This document shows positions 56,133-64,000 of a stretch of DNA of 64,000 bases, piece after piece. The notes under the pieces are model-generated. The model did no database searches, was not told the origin of the DNA, and was given only the letters and a program-made list of their open reading frames with translations. Position 1 is the first letter of the stretch. Each line of letters opens with the position of its first letter. The position numbers and the translations under genes were made by a program. The DNA comes from Blastocladiella emersonii ATCC 22665 (lineage: Eukaryota; Fungi; Blastocladiomycota). Location of the stretch: NCBI GenBank assembly GCA_025594325.1, contig JANHCV010000012.1, forward strand, positions 1,364,001 through 1,428,000, written 5' to 3'.

Positions 56133-59100
56133 TTACGCCTCCTGCTCCTCCTTGGCAGCGGCGGCGGCGGCCTTCTTCTCCTTCTTCGGCTTGGCCGCGG
56201 GCTCCTCGACGGGCATGCCGAGGAGCTTCTTGACCTCCTTGAACAGCGCCGCGGCAGCCTGCTTGGTGGGTGCCGTGGCGACGCCCTCGGCGGCGGCGCG
56301 CCACGCGTCCGTCGGGGCCTGCGCCTTGATCGCGGCGCGCAGCGCGGCCACCGTCAGCTTGAGCAGCGCCGTGTCCTTGGGGTTGTCGGCGAGCTCCTTG
56401 CCCATGAGCGCCGCGAGCGTCGACGAGGGCGACGCGACGGACTCGGGAGCGGGGGTGGGGGTCGGGGAAGCGCCCTTCTTGCTGCCCTTGGACTTCTTGG
56501 ACGCGGCGGGCTTCTTCTCGGCAGCAGCCGCGGGAGCGGCGCCGGCGAAGGCGGCCTTGAGCTCGGGGACCGCAGGGACGCGCTCGAGCAGCGGCTGGAT
56601 GACCGTCTGGACAGCCTTGACGTTTTTGCGCGACAGGTTCTTGGTCGCGGCCTCGAGGATCGGGCCGCACACGGCGGGGAGCGTGCGTGCGAGCGTGGCG
56701 AGGACCGACTTGTACCGCTTGATGTCGGCGAGCAGGATCGCGGCGGTGGCGGGCGACAGCTTGAAGGCCTTGAACATCTTGGTCAGGACCGGGTGCGCCT
56801 GGGCGAGGTTGCCCTTGAGGAACAGGGCGAAGAGAGCGTCGATCTCGCCGTCGGCCACGTCGTCGCCGGCTTCGACCTTCTTGATCTGGGCCACGGCATG
56901 CCACAGCTTGGTCGCGAGCTGCTTGTCGTTGGTCTGCCCGATACGGTCGGCGAGCGCGCGCAGGTGCGCGACGGGCGTGGCCGCGCGGTGCTTGAGGTAC
57001 ACGGCGACCAGGTCCGCCACGCGGTACTGGAAGTGCAGCCGCTCCGTCGCCTGCAGCCGCGTGTTCTGCTTGCGCACCAGCGCGCCCAGCACGTTGTCGA
57101 GCGCCAGCATCGCGTCGTCGTCCAGGTCGCTCTCCTCGTCGCCCGTCTGCGCCATGCCGCTCGACTGCAGCGCCTGCGTGATAGCCGCAGACAGCTGGCG
57201 CTGGCGCTCGGCCGCAGACTCGTCAGCCGCGTCCTCGTCCATGTCGTCCTCGTCGTCGTCATCCGAGGCAGCAGCTGCGCCGTCAACCTCCATGGAATCC
57301 TCCTCCTCGTCATCGTCGTCCGAGGACTCGGCCTCTTCCTCGACCTCCTCCTCCTCGTCCTCGTCCATCTCCTCGTCATCCGCGCCCGTCTCCCCCGCGA
57401 GGACCGAGACGAGCAGGTCGAGCGTGTTGTCGGTCATGGCGTCAGCGAACTGGCCAAACACCTGGTTGCAGAGTCGGCGGAGCCACGCCATCGGGTGGGC
57501 CGTGAGCTCGAGCATGGTATCGGCGAGGACATCGAGCGGGTGGAGCTCGTCGTCGCCGCCCTGGTTCCCCTCGGCGTACCGGCGCCACACGGAGACGAGC
57601 TCGTCGACGACGGCAGGCGTCGCGGCATCGCCCTCGGCGGCGCGCGCGTCCATGCCGACCACGAGGTGCGCGGCCATGACGAGCGCGCGGATCGCGTTCT
57701 CCTTCTTCTGCATCACGGCCTCGCCCGCGGTCGCGGGGGACTCGACCCACGCGAGCACGCGCGCGTCCGCGTCGGGGAACGCGCGGTAGATGGCGGCGAG
57801 CGACTCGACGTGGGTCTCGGGCGCCGGGACCGCGCGCGCCAGGAACTCCTGCACGCGGCGCGCGCTGTCGCGGGTCGCGCCGTGCACGGGGCCGAGCAGG
57901 AACGACGCGATGCGCGTGCGCAGGTCCGAGCCCGCCGTCGCCGAGGCGCCGGTCACGGTCACGAGCGAGCCGTGCACGAGCGCGTCGAGCGGGGCCGTCG
58001 AGGCGTCGGCCTCGGCCGAGGTCGCGGCGGTCACCGCGCGGTCGAGCAGCGTGTCGACGTACGCGGCGAGGTCGGCCTCGGTCAGCGCCGCGAGGAGGGT
58101 CTCGAGCGGGTCGACGGTGGCGGTCGCGGGCGACTCGGCGTCGTCGTCGCTCGACTCGTCCTCCTCATCGCTGGACGCATCACCGTCAGTCTTCTTGGGA
58201 GCAGCCGCCTCGGCAGCCTTGCGGGCGGTGCGGAACACGGCGGGCTTGACGCTAGCGAGGACCGTCGGGATGGCGGCGGGGTCCGCGAGGCACGCGGCGT
58301 GGACGACGCGCATAGCACGGCGCACGTGCGGGCGGAGGGCGTGGCGGCGCGAGGCGGTGGCGGCGTCGAGCAGGCGGACGAGGTTGGTGGAGAAGAGCGT
58401 CGGGAGCAGCGCGACGGGGACCGCGGCGAACAGGTACGCGAACAGGTGCAGGGCCGCGGCCTGGCGCTGCGGCAGCGACACGAGCATGGTGCGGTCGACG
58501 GCGTGCCAGAAGGCGGCGAGCAGCGCCGCGTCAACGGTCGCGGCGGACCGGCGCGAGGGCAGGGCCGTGGCGGTCTCGTCCTCGTCGTCGGTCTCGAACG
58601 AGGGGAGCGTGATCTCGACGCGCGCGGCGGGGACGCCGAGGATGCGCGCAATGAGGACCGACCACACGGTGTGCAGGCGCGGGGCGACGCTGGTGGCGTC
58701 GAGGAGCAGGTCCGTGATGGGGCCGGCGGAGAAGGCCTCGGCCGAGACGGGGAGCGGGGTGGCCATCTTGAAGTGCTCGAGGTAGGCCGAGAGCGTCAGC
58801 TGGTGCAGCGACGTGAACTCGGCGGCGGTCGCGGGGAGCAGGGCGGCGGCGGCGGTCTCGGCAATGGCGGCGCGGTGCGCTGGCTGTATACACGCGCGGT
58901 TGTGCGGGTTAGCGGTTGTCCAGAAACGCGCGCGGAGTGCGAGATGACACGTACGCAGGCTTCGATCAGGCGGAACAGGAGCACGAGGCCGGCCTCGCGG
59001 AGGTACTGCTTGGCCTCGATGACAGCGACAAGGGCGGTCGCCATCTCGACGGCGTCGGCGGCGGTGGTCGACTCGTGGGCGGCGAGGCCCGACTCGAGCG

Positions 59101-59593
59101 CGGCCGTGACGACGAGCATGCGGCCAAACAGCTTGTCGCGCTCGTCGGCAGTCGAGTCCGAGGGCGCATCGAGAATGTACTTGTGCATGGCGGCGTGCAG
59201 GACGGCCCACCGCAGCGTCGGGAACGCGAGGCGGACGAGCCAGGTCAGGGCGAGCGTGAACCCCTGGCGCGCGGCCTCGCGGCCCGACGGCACGCCCTTG
59301 ACGAGGCGCGTGAAGGCGTAGGCGACGTGCGGGTGCAGCACGTCCTGGACGGCGGCCAGGAGCGCGGCGTTGTGCGCCTTGCGGGCGGCGGCGTCGGCGG
59401 GGACGGGCGCGGCCAGGGCGGCGTCGAGCGCGGCGGTCGCGGGCGCGGCGGCGGCATGGGCCTGGTGCAGCGGGGCGAGGTGGACCAGCAGCTTGTGGGC
59501 GGCGGCGACGCGCGCCTTCTCGTCGACGGACGCGAGGTCCCAGAAGTGCTGCAGCACGGGCTGCGGCGGCAGGTTGCGGGCGAGCGGGGCCAT
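56133..59593 (-). CDS. POL5: Pol5/MYBBP1A nucleolar ARM-repeat protein; intron 58884-58954
   Basis: VLQHFWDLAS..EKARVAAA, VAYAFTRLVKGVPSGREAARQGFTLAL, ERDKLFGRML, LDVLADTMLEL, acidic tracts, DDDAMLALDNVLGALVR, HFQYRVADLV. Confidence 0.85.
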
Positions 59594-59789
59594 GGTGTCG
59601 ATTGCGTGATCCGTCGTCGTCGTCGTCGTCACTTCCAACGGCGCCTTCGACGTGACAGCGATGGCGTGTGGCTCGACGATCGGTGAGGCCCGCGGCGGCC
59701 GGTGCGGCCGAAGCGTCGCGAAGTGTGTACTCACGGTCAGCGGGGCGCATGTGACTTGCTGCTAGGGGCTCTACAACACGAAGTTCGCA

Positions 59790-59799
59790 GTTCGAATCC
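59790..59799 (+). promoter_or_regulatory. B-box-like motif GTTCGAATCC in the POL5/RPC82 divergent promoter
   Basis: Matches the TFIIIC B-box consensus. There is no tRNA fold or A-box nearby. Confidence 0.3.
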
Positions 59800-59873
59800 T
59801 CGTCTCCCCTCGCGGCCGCGCTCTCTGCAACCTCACGGGCCCATCTTGCAACGCAATCGAACCCTTAACAACC

Positions 59874-61626
59874 ATGAGCAGCGACGTCCGGGTGATCCGC
59901 AATGTGCTGCTGCCGCACTTTGGCGAGCACGTCACGGTGAGTTGCTGCATGCTGCGAGAGCAACACCCGCCGGTCGCTCACGAGCGCCATCTTCCCTCCC
60001 CTCCTCGTGTAGTCCGTAGCGTGCGCGCTCGCGAAAAAGGGCCGTCAGACGCTCGCCCAGGTTGCGCGGGTCAGCGGGCACACGGTGCCGATTGCCCGCC
60101 TCGCGCTGCTGGTGCTGATCCAGCACGGGCTGGCCGTGTACTTTGCGCAGGTCGAGGGCTCGCGCGAGGTGCTGTACTACACGCTCGACGTGCAGCGGGT
60201 GCTGTGGCGGCAGCGGTTCCCGCGGTACATCAAGGCGGCGCGCGACCTGTACCAGGACGAGGGCAAGCTGATTGTGTCGCTGCTGCTGCTGCACGGCCGG
60301 CTGTCGCTGGCCAAGCTGCTCGCGCTGACGGACCGCCGCCAGTACCAGACCGAGAGCGTGCGCGAGACCTTCATCCAGATGGTTCACGACCGCTACCTCA
60401 AGGGGTCCGCCGCCACCGACTCGGTCTCGGACCTCGACGTGCGCCTCAAGCGCCACAAGGAGGACCTCGACAAGCTCGGCGTCATGCCCACACCCAAGGA
60501 GCTGCGCTCGCTCGCCCTCAAGCGCGAGCGCGAGGCCCAGGAGGAGCTCGACAACGCCGTCGTCATTGGCATGAAGCGCAAGCCGGGGCTCGCCAACTCG
60601 ACCTCGGCCGCCGACTACAGCAACAAGGCGTACAAGGCGTTTGACCTCGACCCGGACGTGTACTTTGTCGTGCACTACGAAAAGTTCCACCGCACCTTCC
60701 AGCTCGACATGCTGGTGCAGGTCGCGCAGGAGCGCATCAACCTGGTCGCCGGCAAGGTGCTGCGGTGCGCGATCCAGCTGCTGACGACGGCCGCGCCCAC
60801 GGCCGGGTCGGCGGCGAGCGACAGCAATGAGGGCGCGGGCCTGCTCGCGGCGCGCCCGACCACGGCGACCACGGTGACGCCGTCGCAGATCCACCACAAC
60901 CTCCAGATCTCCGAGGCCAACCTCGCCATGGAGTACCCGCGCGACTTCACGCCGGGCGCGGTGCAGAAGGTCAACGACTACCTGGACCTGCTCGAGGCGT
61001 CCGAGCTGCTGGTCAAGGACTCGAACCGCAACGCTTTCGCGCTGCCTTCGCAGTCGCAGATCGCCACGGTGCTGCAGGTGCGGCACGCACAGCACTACGC
61101 GTACAAGCGGCACGGCAAGTGGGGCATGCGCATCTTCCGCGCGCTGCTGCTGCGCGGCAAGCTCGAGGAGAAGCAGCTCGCCACGCTCACCATGCTCCCC
61201 GTGTCGTCCGCCCGCCGCGCCATGTACGAGATGCACCACCAGGGCCTGATCGAGCTGCAGCTCGTGCACAAGACGGCCGACCGCGCCCCGATGCGCACCT
61301 TCTACATCTTCTACATCGACATGCCCAACATGGTGCGGTCGTTCCGCCTGGGCCTGCGCCAGGCGCTGTGCAACGCGGCCGAGCGGCTGGTCGCGACCGA
61401 GGCCGTGGCGCGCGGCGGGGCGGGCGCGGCAGCGGCGGCGGCAGCGGCGCGGCGGCAGCGACTCCTGGCCAAGCGCGCGGCCGAGGCGGACGGCGGCGAG
61501 GAAGGGGACGATGTGGACAAGGACATGGTGGACGCCGAGACGCTGATGCAGAAGAACGAGAAGGCGCAGCGCATGCTCAAGGTGGCGCTGCTGCGGCTCG
61601 ACAAGGACATGCTCATCTACGAGTAG
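59874..61626 (+). CDS. RPC82: RNA polymerase III subunit C82/RPC3 (POLR3C); intron 59937-60012
   Basis: LLPHFGEHVT|SVACALAKKGRQTLAQV, ALLVLIQHGL, RFPRYI, LLLHGRLSL, MRIFRALLLRGKLEEKQL, LQLVHKTADRAPMRTFYIFYID. Confidence 0.9.
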
Positions 61627-61657
61627 GTTTCGCACGGTTGTATTGGGTCCTCTCTTT

Positions 61658-62378
61658 TTATAGCGTAAACTTCATACACCTGCCGCGTCGGTTCAGCGTC
61701 AGTTCCCCACGAATCAAAAAGTAGCAGTGGCGCGAGGTGACGGTACCGGGTCTCGGTGTGGGTGCCCTGGCACGGCAGCGAGCAGTAGAGCATGCCGCAC
61801 TTGACGCACGTGTAGGCGGCCTTGAACCCGCACACGGAGCACAGCTTGCGCGCGGGCCGCGTGGACGGGCCGACGACGGCGGTCAGGTAGGTCGGAATGT
61901 CGGGCGGGTAGTACTCGAGCCGCTACCTCGTGGTCGTGAGTGGGGTAGGGGGTCTCACAGCGCGGCGGTGGCGGCGTACCGACTCCTCGATGTGCGACGC
62001 CAGCGTGCGCTTGGCCTGGAGGACACGGGCGACGCGCGCGCTCTTCTGCTGCTGTTGCCGCTTGCGCCCGCGCGGCGGCTTCCCTCCCGGCAGCAGCACG
62101 CCCGCAGCGGCGGCCTGGACGAGCTCGTCGGCAAACGACGTGCTCCCGCCCGCCACGGCCGCCGACTCGGACGCACCGCCCGCAACGGCCGACGCGAGAA
62201 AGGCGCCGAACGGGTCGTCAGCGGCCGCCACGGCCGAGGAGGCACCCGCCCCGCGCGCGACGGCGTAGTTGTCCGAGTCGAGGTCGCTCAGGTGGCGCTG
62301 CTTGTGCATCCAGCGCATCGCGTCGTCCATGGCCTTGCGCGCGGACGCGGCGCGCGGGTTGGTTGTCGTGTGATTCAT
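61658..62378 (-). CDS. VPS71: SWR1/SRCAP subunit Vps71/Swc6/ZNHIT1 (zf-HIT); introns 61923-61979 and 61680-61746
   Basis: RHLSDLDSDNY, PTYLTAVVGPSTRPARKLCSVCGFKAAYTCVKCGMLYCSLPCQGTHTETR|CMKFTL*. Confidence 0.9.
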
Positions 62379-62508
62379 GGCAGCGTGAGGTGTGATGATG
62401 AGAGAGCGCTGACCGAGGCGCGGGACTCTTTTGCCTTGCTCGCTCAGCCGCGGCCGACCATCAACAACCGCGCTCGCTCTCTCTCTCCACCCTAAACAAC
62501 GCATCGCC

Positions 62509-63525
62509 ATGTCATTCCCGCCCAACGTCGACCGCACCTACAACCCGGCGCTGGTGCGGCTGCACCCGGCCAACCAGCACCCGGTGCTGCGCGCGTGGGC
62601 GTCCGAGCCCTCCATCACGCCCGCGTCCCTGGTCTACCCGGTGTTCATTGTCGACGACGAGGACGCCGTCGAGCCCATCGCGTCGCTGCCGGGCGTCGCG
62701 CGGTACGGCGTGCGGTCGCTGGTCGCGCACCTGCGCCCGCTCGTCGCCAAGGGCCTCGGGACCGTGCTGCTGTTCGGCGTGCCGACCAAGATCCCCAAGG
62801 ACAACGCCGGCAGCGCCGCGCTCGACCCCAAGACCCCCGTGGTCCTCGCCCTCGCCGCCCTGCGCGCCGAGTTCCCGCACCTCGTCCTGGCCGTCGACCT
62901 GTGCCTGTGCGCCTACACGTCGCACGGCCACTGCGGCATTCTCGGGGACGACGAGACCCTCGACAACGCCGCCAGCATCGCGCAGCTCGCGCGCGTCGCC
63001 GTCCACTACGCGCAGGCCGGCGCCCAGATCATCGCGCCCAGCGACATGACGGACAACCGCGTGCACGCCATCAAGCAGGCGCTGTACGCCAGCGCCCTCG
63101 ACAAGGTGTCGGTCATGGCGTACTCGGCCAAGTTCGCGTCCGTCTTCTACGGCCCGTTCCGCGACGCGGCCAAGTCGGCGCCCGGCAAGGGCGACCGCAA
63201 GTGCTACCAGCTGCCGCCCAACTCGCGCAAGCTCGCGCGCCGCGCCATTGTGCGCGACGTGGCCGAGGGCGCCGACATGATCATGGTCAAGCCGGGCTAC
63301 CCGTACCTCGACATTGTGCGCGACGCCGCCGACCTCGCCCCGGACGTGCCCGTCGCCGTGTACCAGGTTTCGGGCGAGTACGCCATGCTCTACCACGGCG
63401 CCCAGGCGGGGGCTTACGAGCTCAAGGGCGCCGTCATGGAGTCGCTCGAGGCGTGCCTGCGCGCCGGCGCTACCATCCTCATCACCTACTACACGCCGCA
63501 GCTGCTCGACTGGATCCGCGAGTAG
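62509..63525 (+). CDS. HEM2: Delta-aminolevulinate dehydratase (porphobilinogen synthase), Zn-type, intronless
   Basis: [14 protein letters not shown] Zn site, [50 protein letters not shown]. Confidence 0.97.
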   Translation: MSFPPNVDRTYNPALVRLHPANQHPVLRAWASEPSITPASLVYPVFIVDDEDAVEPIASLPGVARYGVRSLVAHLRPLVAKGLGTVLLFGVPTKIPKDNAGSAALDPKTPVVLALAALRAEFPHLVLAVDLCLCAYTSHGHCGILGDDETLDNAASIAQLARVAVHYAQAGAQIIAPSDMTDNRVHAIKQALYASALDKVSVMAYSAKFASVFYGPFRDAAKSAPGKGDRKCYQLPPNSRKLARRAIVRDVAEGADMIMVKPGYPYLDIVRDAADLAPDVPVAVYQVSGEYAMLYHGAQAGAYELKGAVMESLEACLRAGATILITYYTPQLLDWIRE

Positions 63526-63571
63526 TCTGTCTCTATTCTTTTACTCTATCGGGGATGGTATACAAACACAA

Positions 63572-64000
63572 TCATACGCGCACCCGCAGCTCCGACTTGA
63601 TCTTCTCGACCACGGCTAGGTCGCGCCAGTACCGTTGCGTGAGCGCCTCGAGCTCCTCGTCGTGCTCCGACTTGGGCCCCCCACCTCCCGCCTGCGCTGC
63701 TGGTGGCGCACCCCGCGGGCCCGCAACGTGCGAGATACTCCCGCCCGCACTCACCGCGAGCGGCGGCAGCACGGGCGCGCGCGGCCGCGGGACGCCCGCC
63801 GCGTACTCGGCCATCTTGCGCCGCCGCGCCCGCGCTTCCTCGACTGCCGGGTCCGGCGCGGGCGCCAGAGGCAGCGACGGCGACGGGTCCTCGGAAGTTG
63901 AGGCCGGACCGTTGCTCGCGCGGCTCGACGTCCGCTGCTGCTGTTGCTGTGAGGCAATTGCGGCCGCGCGCAGCTGCTGGCCGTAGCTCTGCGCGCGCCG
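63572..64000 (-). CDS. 3' end of a gene running off the window; C-terminus resembles ciliary JHY-type proteins
   Basis: Open frame ending RRKMAEYAAGVPRPR...ELEALTQRYWRDLAVVEKIKSELRVRV*. The pattern recalls the JHY C-terminus (KALEYAK.IPKP...LE.LQ.RH....AV) as I remember it. Confidence 0.45.
   Translation of the reverse strand, partial: RRAQSYGQQLRAAAIASQQQQQRTSSRASNGPASTSEDPSPSLPLAPAPDPAVEEARARRRKMAEYAAGVPRPRAPVLPPLAVSAGGSISHVAGPRGAPPAAQAGGGGPKSEHDEELEALTQRYWRDLAVVEKIKSELRVRV

Noticed and set aside
59745-59812. Possible tRNA around GTTCGAATCC
   Set aside because: The T-stem does not pair (CGCAG/CCTCG), and there is no D-arm, anticodon arm or 7-bp acceptor stem.
1-64000. CRISPR arrays, intact transposons, rRNA, TPP riboswitch, AT-AC (U12) introns
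   Set aside because: I saw no repeat-spacer periodicity, no transposase/RT/integrase motifs or terminal repeats, and no rRNA or TPP consensus. All mapped introns are GT-AG.

Overview
Gene-dense, GC-rich eukaryotic DNA. There are no signs of bacterial origin and no CRISPR array, rRNA or convincing tRNA. I mapped about 50 spliceosomal introns by hand (GT-AG, donors mostly GTACGY/GTGCGY/GTGAG, branch CTRAC/CTCAC); all but two are 57-109 nt. Flagellar transport genes (IFT121/WDR35, IFT70/TTC30), a myosin-motor chitin synthase, CUL2 and an Abi-like SH3 protein point to a zoosporic fungus, most plausibly Blastocladiomycota (Blastocladiella/Allomyces-like; inference). Conserved genes: TMA46, a PHYHD1-like dioxygenase, RPN8, MON2, NECAP, RPL17, ZNF277, 3-hydroxyacyl-CoA dehydrogenase, RPS6, a BCH-RhoGAP, MET2, POL5/MYBBP1A, RPC82, VPS71/ZNHIT1 and HEM2. 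Two accessory stretches interrupt these: about 18.1-21.7 kb (ankyrin remnant, stop-interrupted spliced gene, orphan gene) and about 48.2-52.4 kb (tandem family of single-pass membrane proteins). The best leads are: (1) an apparently catalytically dead arginyl-tRNA-synthetase paralogue (DALRD3-like); (2) a strongly base-paired element in an unusually long RPS6 intron; (3) two secreted Thr-rich paralogues sharing a promoter module with clustered CTTGTT/AACAAG sites; (4) the tandem membrane-protein family. All family assignments come from recognising motifs by eye, not from database searches.
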